A DNA stretch of 64,000 nucleotides from Verrucomicrobiota bacterium (lineage in GTDB: Bacteria > Verrucomicrobiota > Lentisphaeria > Lentisphaerales > Lentisphaeraceae). Shown here one piece after another: positions 9,101 to 18,936 of this stretch. The first letter of the stretch is position 1. Each line of letters opens with the position of its first letter. The notes under the pieces are model-generated. The model was given only the letters and a program-made list of their open reading frames with translations, was not told the origin of the DNA and did no database searches. The position numbers were made by a program, and so were the translations under genes. Where the stretch lies: contig JBDKFG010000004.1 of NCBI GenBank assembly GCA_039798785.1, positions 32,001-96,000 on the forward strand, in the 5' to 3' direction.

Positions 9101-11056
9101 GGCGTTCAGGGTTTGCCCTTGAATCGTGTTGCCCGAGATGCTGACTGAACCCGTGCTCGAATCGTTGACATCGCCGATGTTGGCGGTGGTGGCAGAGGAA
9201 ACAGATTCGGCATTGCCCAAATCGTCGGTGTAGAAGGCGACGACTCGCAGGACCTTGCCGACATGGTTCTGGGTCAAAAGCAAGCTGCTGCCAGTGGCGA
9301 CAGTCAGTCCCTCGCTGTCTTTCCAGGCGTAGCTGAGGTCGGCGAGGCCGTCGGCATCGCTCAAGTTGGAAGTGGCGAGCAAGGTCGATCCTTGGATCGC
9401 CGTGCCGCTGATGTTGACCGTGCCGGCGGGCAGGTGATTGGGTTTGATAATGATCGGGGTGAAGGCCGATGCCTTCGACTCGTAGAAGTTGTTGCCATCG
9501 ACGAAGGAGGCGACGACCTGCACCCTTTCGCCGAGATGGGCCGCGCCAAGCTCCAAGGTGCTGCCTTGACCGATCTTGGTACCTGCATCGTTGAACCAGG
9601 TGTAAGTGACTGGACCGAGGCCATCACTATCGGCGAGAGTGTGACTGGCTGTGAGGGTCTGGCCGAGGCTGTTGGAGCCGTGAATCTGGACTTGCCCGGT
9701 GACTGCGTGATTACCGACACAGAGTCCCTTGCTGAGGCCGCTGATTTTGCCGTTGGGATCGGTGACGGTAACGGAATAACTCGGTTCACCGATGAATCCG
9801 CTAATCCGCTGGGCGCTGATCAGGTTGGCATCGACATCGGCCAAGGTGAAGCTCTTGAGCGGGATACTGGAGCCGTCGCGGAGGAAGACAAGCCCGACTG
9901 CGGACTTGACCGTAAAGACGAAGGCACCTTCGATAGCTTCGGGAGTTTCTTCGTCGGCTGCGTTGAAAAGGCTGCGGTCGATGAGAGTCGTTTCGCCGGC
10001 GTTCAGGACCAGATTTTTCAAGCTCAGAGTCGGCAGATCATTGAGGGTCTTGAAGGCGAAGGGGACGGAGATCGCGTCGAGCTCGGTGTCGCCGTTGAGG
10101 AGGCTGAGTTCAAGCTGCGGCGCTTCTTGCGAACCATCGTGTTTGAGGGTGACCAGATTCGCCTTGAGCTGGGCGAGGGTGAAGGACTCGGCGACGCTGC
10201 CCGCGACCAGAATTTCGCAGTGTTCGGCCTTGTCGATGCGGAGATTCAGGCCCGGCTGAGCCAAGAGAGGGACGACATTGACCGAGACCAGGATGGGCAG
10301 ATTGCTGGCGCTGAGTTTCAGGGTCGCACCTTCGCTGATCGTGAACGGCGCTTTGACCGCGATTTCGTGGGGATCGAGAACTTGCGGCGCAGCGTTTTCC
10401 GCGCCATCGAAGAAGATCGTCGAGGCCTTGCTCGCCTTGACTAGCGAAGCTTTGCCGTCGCTGTCGCTGACGCTGAGGGAGAAACTGGGGGCGAGGAATT
10501 TGCCGTCGTGCTTGAAGCTGACGCTGCCGGCTTCGACATCGGCGAGGGAGAAGGTTTTGGCGGCGAAACCGTTGAGGAGGAAGCCGCCGCCCTTGACTGT
10601 CGTGATCTTGACTTGGAGATTGCCTGCGCCGGGAGTTTCGGCGTCAGTCGCGTCAATCATCTCGCGGGTGATGGTGACCGTGCAGCCGTTGAGGAGGGCG
10701 TCGCCGTCACTGCCGAGTCCGGGAATGCTGACAACCGGAGCTTGGTTGACCGCCTTGTAGGTGAGGATCGGCTGGACTTCCGCGGACGGCGCAATGCCCA
10801 AGGAGCTGGCCTGGAAGTAGAAACCGGGGAGGGAAGTGCCATCAGCGAGGAAGCTGATTTTGCCGAGCTTGAGTTCCGCCAGGGTGAAGCTGCCCGAGGC
10901 ACCGATTTCCGCGCCGTTCTGGTAGAGCGAGCCGCCGAAGACCGCGATGCTCATCAAGTAGTCCGTGGCGCCGACGGTGAATAGGGCGGAGCTGAACTTG
11001 AGGGCGGTGCCTTGGGTGACGGTGATAGATTTGACGGCGAGGCTGAGCTGGGGCAT
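6152..11056 (-). CDS. Large repetitive surface protein/adhesin, probable T1SS substrate
   Basis: GGAG RBS before ATG 11056. Four cadherin/CSPG-like FTLAxx repeats, seven ~93-aa Ig-like repeats (NxxPxGxVxIxG...DxDG...YxW), seven E-x-x-[VIA]-N repeats, RTX-like LLGNGGDD/IDGGTGKD near the C-terminus; no signal peptide. Confidence 0.85.
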   Translation of the reverse strand: MPQLSLAVKSITVTQGTALKFSSALFTVGATDYLMSIAVFGGSLYQNGAEIGASGSFTLAELKLGKISFLADGTSLPGFYFQASSLGIAPSAEVQPILTYKAVNQAPVVSIPGLGSDGDALLNGCTVTITREMIDATDAETPGAGNLQVKITTVKGGGFLLNGFAAKTFSLADVEAGSVSFKHDGKFLAPSFSLSVSDSDGKASLVKASKASTIFFDGAENAAPQVLDPHEIAVKAPFTISEGATLKLSASNLPILVSVNVVPLLAQPGLNLRIDKAEHCEILVAGSVAESFTLAQLKANLVTLKHDGSQEAPQLELSLLNGDTELDAISVPFAFKTLNDLPTLSLKNLVLNAGETTLIDRSLFNAADEETPEAIEGAFVFTVKSAVGLVFLRDGSSIPLKSFTLADVDANLISAQRISGFIGEPSYSVTVTDPNGKISGLSKGLCVGNHAVTGQVQIHGSNSLGQTLTASHTLADSDGLGPVTYTWFNDAGTKIGQGSTLELGAAHLGERVQVVASFVDGNNFYESKASAFTPIIIKPNHLPAGTVNISGTAIQGSTLLATSNLSDADGLADLSYAWKDSEGLTVATGSSLLLTQNHVGKVLRVVAFYTDDLGNAESVSSATTANIGDVNDSSTGSVSISGNTIQGQTLNAVSSLFDADGLGPITYTWKDENGVILGHGSSLSLAQAHVGKKIQLFASYTDGQGHLEASSSALSNVIADINDSPSGQVSFSGNLRIGSTLSASQLLSDADGLGAISYKWYSQAHQLLGTGETYTIASNLLGSSLYVQAGYIDNGGFVEQVNSALSTTIRSANAAPSGSVTVSGTPTQGQTLTASHNLTDADSPNGITGIVFKWVDESGATLATGSNLNLTQAFVGKTLKCVVAYTDAGGSSEAVSSASSLIANVNDTPSGIVSILGSPLIFETLTAANTLGDVDGLGTISYTWKDEAGNVLGQGQSLNLGPSHLGKKIVLHAAYTDALGTQETVASSASAAVSSINHAPTGEVIIHGLTAIGSTLTVTNTLADIDGLGAVNYTWKDQNGNTVGYGSSLYLSPSLKNLQITAIATYSDSLDTLESVSALPITTSDGIEIRANTYTRNTQGYSAVVTLKDGSFIVAWSSSGQDGDSYGVYAQMFASDCTRLGSEFRVNTTTVNSQGDSDITVLSNGNYVIVWNSDGQDGSSNGIFGQVFSPNGDRIGGEFQINSYTSSNQQLPKISSLNDGGFVVVWDSSGQDATSSWGVYGQRFNENATKFGSEFRVNSSTVGYQYSSDLISTMDGGFIVSWSDNSGGSDYSVKIQRYSNVSASVGGETKVNTYSLNDQDSSDMSLLSNGGYVVVWESYGQDGSYNGLYGQIYNSSGVMIGSEFGINVTTQYDQENPVVTTLSNGNFVVSWESDIDLPSGNGIGIYARIFNSTGLALTEEIHVNSYINSDQTAPSIAAMDDGGFVVAWDSYGEDGYYDGNYIYDGVYLQRYTADGQVMAATWNCLPNAGKITGTEGRDIIKEIGSGDVLLGNGGDDIFSFATNSPTIDFALIDGGTGKDTVKISTHLDLTLIPNDRLTNIEVIDLGSNAVNLKMELADVLTLSGGTGTVKITGSNALGNWDKEAGWIFVELANGFEKYTKGDATVYLQNELGVI

Positions 11057-11639
11057 GAGATCTCCTGAGCTTTCGGGGTAACGGAATTTTCCTCTGGGAA
11101 AATAAGGGGAGGAATCCCGATTACCAATGTCGTCCCCCGACAATTCAGCGCCGTTACAGAGCTGAATCCCTCAATCGCTCGTGCTTGACGTAGTTTGAAC
11201 AAGGAGCGAGGCATCAGCCATGACAGGTCAATGGCGACAAGTAGCAGGAAGTGCGGAGCGAAGCAGGCGGGCAAGGAACTCATGAGAACTGGAGACTACT
11301 GGAGACTCCCGAACTTTCAGGCGCGATCCCAAGAGATTGTCATCGTGCTCCTCGCCCTCGCCCTCGGCGGAAGAAGGAAGGGGGGATGAGGCGTGATGGC
11401 CCTCGCCTAGATCAACGCCGTCCTCGAGTGCTGCCTGCGACCTATGAACCGGCCCCGCAGGCTGAACGGTCCCTTGGCTTAGAGCAAAAACCAGCAAACG
11501 CCCACGAGATTGGGGCTGCTGAATTTCTTTGGGCTTTCGCTTGACCGGATTCAGCCTCGATTCCTATGGTTCCCTGCCGCTTGTCTTCAGAGATCTTCAG
11601 AAGCAGTAGTGCTTTAGGGGGGTCAAGGGGGGAACCCAA

Positions 11640-11830
11640 TCTGTTGATAAGTGGCTATGGTGATGACACCGCGCCGCCGCCGGTACGAACATGGATTCCC
11701 GCCGTTCGACGGCTGACTTCGGTCTTTCGACTGGCGGCGGCTTTCCCAGTGCAAGACGAACGCTCAGAAGCAGATGCTGCAACATCCTCCATAGGAAATT
11801 CGCAAGCTGGGACTCGCGGCTACACCAAAG
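11640..11830 (+). ncRNA. Candidate IS110 bridge RNA (ends approximate)
   Basis: Two stem/internal-loop/hairpin modules. 11716-11726 is the reverse complement of the right flank 13135-13145, and 11763-11773 equals the predicted circle junction. Confidence 0.7.
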
Positions 11831-11858
11831 GCACAAACCTCGAGACCAAGGATAGCAC

Positions 11859-13112
11859 ATGAAATCCAAAACGCCCGAACTGGCTCTGGGCATCGATTGG
11901 GCCAAGAACAAGCACGACTGGAACCTCAGAGCCAGCGACGGCCAAGTCCTGGAAAAGGGAAGTCTGACAAACTCTCCGTCCGCCATCGAAGAACTGATCC
12001 ACGGCCTGCTTGAGCGGCATGGCGGCAGCCAGAAGCGGCTGCATGTCGGCATGGAGTCCAAAGACATCCCGCTGGCGCGTCTTCTGCAAGCGCACGACCA
12101 AGTGGACTTCGTTCACATCGCTCCCGGCCCATTCGCCCATTACCGATCCTCCCGCCGTGCCAGCAAGGCTAAGGACGACAGCTCCGACGCCGCCCTGCTC
12201 AGCGACTGGATGATCCGCCATCACGATGAAATCCGCATCGAGACGAAACTCGCCACTCCCGAAATCCTACTTCTCTGCCGTCAGCGTCGCGACATGGTCG
12301 ATGACCGGGTTCGCCTCGCCAACCGCCTGCGCGCCGCCTTGGGAGAGGGGTTCCCAGGTCTGGAGGAGCTCTTCGACAAGGCGTACTCGCTTTACCTTCT
12401 CAAGCTGATTGAGCTCGCCCCCGTCCTCCAGGACTTCCAGAAGCGACGCTTCCGTCCCCTGATCGACAAGCTCGGCCGGATCGGCGCCGCCACGCTCGAC
12501 AAGCTCGAGCTGCTGCACAAGACCGGCAAACCCTTCATCGGCGATGCGGGCATCCTTTCCTCCCTCCGCATGAAGATCACTGCGCTCCGCCTCCAGATCG
12601 ACCTGCAAAATGAGCTCATCGAGAAGGTCGAGAGCCGCATCGCCGCACTGGAAGCGGAATCCCCTTTGACTCCCCTGATCGACTCCCTGCCCGGTGCAGG
12701 CGACGCGTTGCGCCCGCGTCTCACCGCGGCTCTGCAGACGCTGACCCCTGACATGAGCGCAGAGGACTTCGCCGTTGCGCAGGGAATCGCACCCGTGACC
12801 ATCTCCAGCGGCAAATCCCATGTCGTCAAACACCGCGTCTCAGGCATCGGTTTCGACTCCCAGACCTTCTTCGACTTCAGCCTGCACTCGATGAAGAAAT
12901 CCATCTGGGCCGTGGACTTCTACACAGCCGCCAGATTGAGAGGCAAAACCCACGGCGGCGCTGTGCGCGCCCTAGCGATGAAATGGATCCGCATCATCGT
13001 CGCCTTGTGCCGCAGCGGTGAGGTCTACTGTGAGCAACGATATCTCGCCGCCAAAGCCAAACGGGTCAAACACCCAAAAGCTGTTGACAACGCCGCTAAA
13101 ATCCCCGTCTAG
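11859..13112 (+). CDS. IS110-family transposase/recombinase
   Basis: GIDWAK, VGME, KDDSSDA (DEDD), SLPGAG and APVTISSGK motifs. Confidence 0.93.
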   Translation: MKSKTPELALGIDWAKNKHDWNLRASDGQVLEKGSLTNSPSAIEELIHGLLERHGGSQKRLHVGMESKDIPLARLLQAHDQVDFVHIAPGPFAHYRSSRRASKAKDDSSDAALLSDWMIRHHDEIRIETKLATPEILLLCRQRRDMVDDRVRLANRLRAALGEGFPGLEELFDKAYSLYLLKLIELAPVLQDFQKRRFRPLIDKLGRIGAATLDKLELLHKTGKPFIGDAGILSSLRMKITALRLQIDLQNELIEKVESRIAALEAESPLTPLIDSLPGAGDALRPRLTAALQTLTPDMSAEDFAVAQGIAPVTISSGKSHVVKHRVSGIGFDSQTFFDFSLHSMKKSIWAVDFYTAARLRGKTHGGAVRALAMKWIRIIVALCRSGEVYCEQRYLAAKAKRVKHPKAVDNAAKIPV

Positions 13113-13390
13113 GACCTCTTGACAGAGAACTCAGAAGACCGAAGTTGAAGCTGTGAGTCAGCCTTCAGTCTTGAATGTTAAATCTTTGATTTTGTTCGCG
13201 TTCTGTTGAATCTTGAATTTGGAATCTTGAATCGGATTCCCGAGCTGAGCCCAAGCTCAGCTTCGGAATCCAGGTTCAGTCTTATTTTGGTAAAGCCTTT
13301 CCCCAGACTCTTGCTGCTCCTTGCTGCTCCCCCCCCCCATCTTGAGCTTGGGGTTTCGTGCGACTTTCAAATCCCCTCATGACACCATCA

Positions 13391-13717
13391 GGTAAAGCCT
13401 TTCCCCAAGCACTTGCGCTTTCGTGCGACCCAAGGCCAAGCTCATACGGTAAAGCCTTTCCCCAAGCACTTGCGCTTTCGTGCGACCCAAGGCCAAGCTC
13501 ATACGGTAAAGCCTTTCCCCAAGCCCTTGGGCTTTCGTGCGACCTAAGCCAAGCTCAGATGGTAAAGCCTTTCCCCAAGCCCTTGGGCTTTCGTGCGACC
13601 CAAGCCAAGCTCAGACGGTAAAGCCTTTCCCCAAGCCCTTGGGCTTTCATGCGACCCAAGCCAAGCTCAGACGGTAAAGCCTTTCCCCAAGCCCTTGGAG
13701 TTTTGCGACTCAAGCTC
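13391..13717 (+). repeat. Six 56-57 bp tandem repeats containing the iteron core GGTAAAGCCTTTCCCCAA
   Basis: Units start at 13391, 13448, 13505, 13561, 13617 and 13673; a lone near-core lies at 13289. Confidence 0.9.
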
Positions 13718-13748
13718 CCAGATTCTTCGTGGCCCCATCTCCAGAAAT

Positions 13749-14200
13749 TTGGGGGGTCATGCTACTACCTTGGGGAATCAGTTTACCAAATTTGGGCCTT
13801 CGATTGACCGCGCCTTGGGGAAACGAGCTACCTATCCTGGGGTTCCGCTTTACCTTTCTTGGGGATTCATGATACCACAGAAAATTTTAAGTGACTCGTC
13901 TTCAAAGTATTAAAACAGAAAAACAGGGCTCTAACAATCAACAGAAAAACAATATAAACACTTCAACAGCATCTTGACTGTTGTTGGATCTTTATAATTC
14001 ATAAGCAGCTAGAACAAAAAAGAACTCGCGAATCATCCTCCCTGGACCTTGACCACAGTCAAAGTATCATGTTACCCCAATCGATGGGAGCGCCATCGCG
14101 ATGGGGAGTCAATCAAATCCCCAAGAAGAAAAATTTCATAAATATATCACAAGCATCTATCATAAAGTAAGATAAATGAAAAAAGTGAATTTGAGTTTAC
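13749..14200. promoter_or_regulatory. Iteron-type replication origin (oriV candidate)
   Basis: Degenerate 18-bp inverted iterons TTGGG...ACC at 13770, 13792, 13815, 13837 and 13859 (22-23 bp spacing; weaker one at 13749), then an AT-rich tract, upstream of the Rep gene. Confidence 0.75.
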
Positions 14201-14263
14201 GCTTTACCATGGCCTTGCAAAGAGGCGAGAGACCACTAGCGTAGCCCAGTGGAGGAAGTCTCG

Positions 14264-15682
14264 ATGAGTGTACAAGGCTACGACGGGCAGGACTCGCAGG
14301 AAAGCAACGACCAAGCGGCGATGGATGCCTTGAAGCGGGCGAAACCGGTTCAAATGACCTTCACGACCCCGGGCTTCTGGCCGCCTCAGGTTCACGCGGT
14401 GCCGACGGGCTTCACGAAAACCAACATCTTCTCGGCCGGCCTAGAGCGGCGCAAAGGCTCCCGTGAGATCTCGCAAGAGAACTACGTCAGTGATTTGCAG
14501 ATGTTCTCGGCCTCGCGTGGCCTAGCGATCTATTTCAGCGGTTATCAGCTTGATCAGACCGATTGCGATGTCTGGATGAAAATCATCCGCATGGCGAAAG
14601 ACAAGAACCTCACCAATTTTTCCTTTACGGTTCACTCATTTGTCAAAGACTTGGGCCTATCCATCGGTTCCAGTTCTTACCATACCGTCAAGCGATCTCT
14701 CGAGCGATTGAACAAATCATCCGTCAAATATGTGACCTCCCTGCGCAACCCCGATGGTTCGATAGCCAAAGGGAAAAACGAAGAGATTGGCCTTTCCCTT
14801 CTTCCCTATTATAAAATTAATGACCTCACCGGCGATATTGAAGTTGGAATTCAAGGGGGAGTGGAGAACCTCTTCAAAAACGTTTCCTGGTCGGAATATC
14901 AAAAACGAGCCAAGCTTCGTCTGCAAACCAGCAAGGCCTTGGAATTTTACGCCATCGGCAATCGGCGCGGCGAACGACAAACCGCGACCTTGGAGTTTTT
15001 GGCGACCTATTGCGGTTGGAGCACCGACACCAAACAAAACCGCTATGCCTTTAAATTGAAAATCCGCAAAGCACTGGATGAACTTGTCAGCGCCGGGATC
15101 TTCGCTTCTTGGGAAGAGCAGGAAAACCAGTTCACTTGGGTTCTAAGCAAGGTCGACGGCAAGGACCAAGACTCCTCCGTTTTGGTCGCTGAAAGTCTGC
15201 AAGAGGCCGCCGCTCAGTTGCGGCAACCGGAACTTATCATTGATCATGACCCGATTCCTGAAGATTTGAAGTCGGTTTTGAAAAACATCGGATTCAACAG
15301 CAACGATTTCATTCTCGAGCGAATCCAGAAATACGGTATCCAAGCAGTGCTAACGGCTAGCCACAAATTTTTGGCGGGGATCAGCAACCGCGATAAGATC
15401 AAAAATCTTGCCGGCCTTTATCGCACGCAGATTGACACTTTGATTTTGAATCAAGTCTCTGAGAAAGTTGCCGAACAAGAAAAAGTGATTCATGCCCGCA
15501 AGGCCAAAGCTGAAAATGTCGATCTAGCGAAAGATCGTGAGGCTCTAAATCAACAAGTCGAACTCTACATCCAAGAGCACTACGACGAGCTGGCCTTATC
15601 CGTTCGTCAGCAATTTCCCTCATTAAAAGAGGTAGATGCGATGATCCGCATTGAAGCCCGTCTGCGAGTGCGCGGCGAATAA
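14264..15682 (+). CDS. TrfA-like plasmid replication initiator
   Basis: WPPQVHAVPTGFTKTNIFSA and IYFSGYQLDQTDCDVW resemble TrfA motifs; GGAGG RBS; adjacent iterons. Confidence 0.8.
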   Translation: MSVQGYDGQDSQESNDQAAMDALKRAKPVQMTFTTPGFWPPQVHAVPTGFTKTNIFSAGLERRKGSREISQENYVSDLQMFSASRGLAIYFSGYQLDQTDCDVWMKIIRMAKDKNLTNFSFTVHSFVKDLGLSIGSSSYHTVKRSLERLNKSSVKYVTSLRNPDGSIAKGKNEEIGLSLLPYYKINDLTGDIEVGIQGGVENLFKNVSWSEYQKRAKLRLQTSKALEFYAIGNRRGERQTATLEFLATYCGWSTDTKQNRYAFKLKIRKALDELVSAGIFASWEEQENQFTWVLSKVDGKDQDSSVLVAESLQEAAAQLRQPELIIDHDPIPEDLKSVLKNIGFNSNDFILERIQKYGIQAVLTASHKFLAGISNRDKIKNLAGLYRTQIDTLILNQVSEKVAEQEKVIHARKAKAENVDLAKDREALNQQVELYIQEHYDELALSVRQQFPSLKEVDAMIRIEARLRVRGE

Positions 15683-15870
15683 GCTGGGGTTTTACGGCGG
15701 CCGGCCATGCACTGAAGGAGAATTCCGAAAGCTGAACCTTGCGGAAAAAGTATTTTTAGTATTTTTTTATACTAATTTTTGGTTGTGCATCAAAATGAAG
15801 CAATAGAAAAAAAGATCGCAGCGATGAAGCTTAACCATTGACAAATAAAAAAATCAATGGGGGAGGGGCT

Positions 15871-16470
15871 ATGAAGACGGTGCGAATGATCGGATACGCC
15901 AGGGTGTCGACCGAGGATCAACATCTGGAGATGCAGATCGAGGCCTTGGAAAAGGCCGGCGTCAGCGAGATCTATCAGGACCGCCAATCCGGAGCGAAAC
16001 GCGACCGGAGGGGGCTGACGGAATGCCTGGAGAGCCTAGCGACGGGAGACCTGCTGGTGGTGTGGAGGATCGACCGACTCGGGCGAAGTCTCCTGCACCT
16101 GGTCGAGATCATCAGCGAGCTGCGGGCCAGGGGGGTGCATTTCCGATCCTTGAGCGATGGAGCCATCGACACGACCTCTGCGACCGGCGAGCTGGTGTTT
16201 CACATCATGGGGGCCATTGCGCAATTCGAGCGCCGCTTGATCCAGGAACGAGTCACACTGGGGATGCAGAGCGCAATACGACGAGGAAAGCATGTTGGCC
16301 GGCCAGGGATAGATCAAGAGCAAAAGGAAGGGATCTTCGCGCTCATGAAACAAGGGAAAGACATAAAAGAAATATCGCAATTACTCTCAATAAAGGAAAC
16401 AACGGTACGGCATCATTTTTACAAGAGTCGAAATTTATTATTGAGTTCAGGAAGTTCCTCCACCTGCTGA
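15871..16470 (+). CDS. Serine recombinase (resolvase/invertase)
   Basis: IGYARVSTEDQ, VVWRIDRLGRS and AQFERRLIQER motifs, C-terminal HTH. Confidence 0.95.
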   Translation: MKTVRMIGYARVSTEDQHLEMQIEALEKAGVSEIYQDRQSGAKRDRRGLTECLESLATGDLLVVWRIDRLGRSLLHLVEIISELRARGVHFRSLSDGAIDTTSATGELVFHIMGAIAQFERRLIQERVTLGMQSAIRRGKHVGRPGIDQEQKEGIFALMKQGKDIKEISQLLSIKETTVRHHFYKSRNLLLSSGSSSTC

Positions 16471-16615
16471 TTTTGTTAGGCTTCAGTTTTAAGTGTAGCG
16501 AGGCGAGTCACCCCATAATGAAGGCCTGAGAACAAAGTCACCATATTGAGATTATCAAAGCTTTCGACTTGTAATGAAGATGGATACATGATCTTATTTG
16601 CTGTCCGCCCCTTGA

Positions 16616-18510
16616 GCTATGAGAAAACCAAGATCCTATCAGTGGGCTGATGAGGCCATTGGAGGAGGGGAGAGAGAACAAAGAGAAGGGGATAAATGAT
16701 GGAGGCAAGGCCTGAGCTCGGGGCTTAACTTTGGGGCTAATAGGAAACCAAGAATGATCAGAGGAGGCCGTGACGCTCCTAAAGGTGTCAGTGATAACAA
16801 AGAGAGAGATTGATGATGGATACCAAACCGATGATGGAAGCTCGACCTTTGGAGCTAATAGGAAATCAAGAAAGATCAGATGATGCACAAGCTTCGCTTG
16901 AAGGGTGTGATAACAAAGAGAGTGATTAATGATGGATACCAGTGTCGTCGCTGGAAACTCGACCTTGTGGCTAATAGGAAACCAACCAAGAATGAACAGA
17001 GGCTGCAACGCGCCAGAATGGTGTCAGTGATAACAAAGAGAGTGATTAATGATGGATACCAGTGTCGTCGCTGGAAGCTCGACCTATGTAGCTAATAGAA
17101 AACCAAGAATGATCAGAGGCGATTCAACTTCCATATTTGCAGGCCATCGAGACAAAGATTTCGATTGATGATGTCGGCGCCTTCAGATGATTGTCCGGTG
17201 CGGCTAATAGAAAACCAAGAATGATCAGAGGAGATCACCCTCGATTGAAGGTTCTATTGACAATAAAAGGCAGGCGCCAGAAGCTCGACCTATGTCGCTA
17301 ATAGAAAACCAAGAATGATCAGAGGAGGTTATCCTCCTGGTTGAAAGGTGCCACTGAGAACAAAGATGGTGATCGATGACGGGACCAAAGGATTTGTCAG
17401 TCGTTCGTCGTTGATGCTCATAGAAAACCAAGAACGATCAGAGGATGTCATCCTCCTGGCTGAACGGTGCTACTGAGAACAAAGATGGTGATCGGATGAC
17501 GGGATCATAGGATTCGTTAGTCTCTCGCCTTGGATGCTCATAGAAAACCAAGAACGATCAGAGGAGCTTGATTCGATAAATGATGGAGACAGAAAAAAAT
17601 GAATGTCTTGATGAAGTCGCTCACGGTTCAGGCGCTCGACCTTGGCTGCTCATAGAAAGCCAAGAATGATCAGAGAGGGCAATCTCCTGATGAAGGAATA
17701 GGTGAGAGGTGAAGACTGACGAGATGAGATATGGAGCGACCGCCATCACTCGTTCGACCTTGCAGCTACTAGAAAACCAAGATTGATCAGTCAGGGTGTC
17801 GAGGCGATGAGCGAGGCCAGAGAAACAAAGGTGGCATGAGGTTGAGTGAAGTGTGACCGTCTCCAGATTGTTCGACCAAGGTAAGCTATTAGAAAACCAA
17901 GAATGATCGGAGCGGGCGCCAGCGATGAAGGGGGCATTGAAAACAAAGATGGGTGAAGGTTGTTGCTTTGCGTGACTGGCCTCAGCGGCTCGACAGGCAG
18001 CTGATAGAAAAACCAAGAACAATCAGGTTGTTGTGGAAGATCGATGAGAAAGCCTGGTCAAAATAAAAAAAGTGATGGAACTCGGGTAAGTCATGTCCTG
18101 CACTCGTCACTCGTCCTGGCAGCTGATAGAAAACCAAGAACGAATCATAAGGCAGACCGCCACGATGGAGTCCGGTTTGCAATAAAAAATAAGATGAAGA
18201 TTAAATGACTCAAGACCGGATCAAGTTGCTCCATCATAATTATTATATAGATCCATCAATCGATAAGACTCGAATCCGCCTCTGATGGAATCCAGGTTGA
18301 AACTGAATCGCCCTTGGAAATGTGCAGCATGAAGCCAAGGCATGCCGCTCGATCCTATCTCTTTTATAAAATTCAAATTGATCAAAATGAGATCCCGCCA
18401 TGAAGAAGGCCAAGGATAAATTTTAAGATCGGTGAATCTTTGATTGCCACGACCCTAGGCCAGGCACTCGATCCGTGCTCTTATAAAAAGTCAAGTATGA
18501 TTATCATGTG
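16616..18510 (+). repeat. Non-coding degenerate array, ~118-bp period, 29-bp core GCTAATAGAAAACCAAGAATGATCAGAGG
   Basis: Cores at 16616, 16736, 16854, 16970, 17091, 17203, 17297, 17416, 17536, 17648, 17765, 17885, 18000 and 18122; decayed copies near 18235, 18359 and 18477. Confidence 0.9.
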
Positions 18511-18936
18511 CTCATCATCAACTAGTCCAGAGATCTTTGATCAAGGTCTGGAATCGACAAGAATAATTCATATACTACATTGGATTTAGATATAATGGGA
18601 AATTTTGAAATCTCTATAATGTCATATAATGGGAGCAATAAAACAATCAACTAGATCGCGACAGTCAAAGGTGTCGATATGAGATCATAAGGGCTCAACT
18701 GGAAATTTACCAATAACAAACATTGTCTCTAAATTTAATGGTCACAAGTAAATTTTTCAAATGTCAATATCTTACACACGTCTTGAAATAATTATATAAA
18801 TTGAACACTTCATTTATTTTGATTGTCATGTACAAATTGCAATCTAATAATGGCGACATGTTTCAGAAATATTCAGTATCTATGATCCACTTCTTGAGCC
18901 ATCTGATCCGACTTCATGGCCACAGACAAACAATCT

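Larger units (their letters stand above)
11597..13137 (+). mobile_element. IS110-family insertion sequence
   Basis: TCAGAAG at both ends (11597-11603, 13131-13137), ~255-bp left non-coding end, DEDD recombinase gene, TTGACA at 13119-13124, no long terminal inverted repeats. Confidence 0.8.

Noticed and set aside
13119..13137. Strong circle-junction promoter for the IS110
   Set aside because: TTGACA is present, but the joined -10 region (TAGTGC at 16 bp) is a weak match, so it is not called as a feature.
13358..13913. ORFs with GKAFPQAL repeats, or a CRISPR
   Set aside because: These translate the 56-57 bp iteron repeats; there are no unique spacers.
16538..18182. Minus-strand ORFs with repeated SDHSWFS peptides
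   Set aside because: Unit lengths (94, 112, 116, 118, 119, 121) are often not multiples of three and frames break; these are by-products of the DNA repeat.
16616..18510. Array as a canonical CRISPR
   Set aside because: The core is degenerate and non-palindromic, intervals are ~90 bp and homologous to each other, and no cas gene is adjacent.
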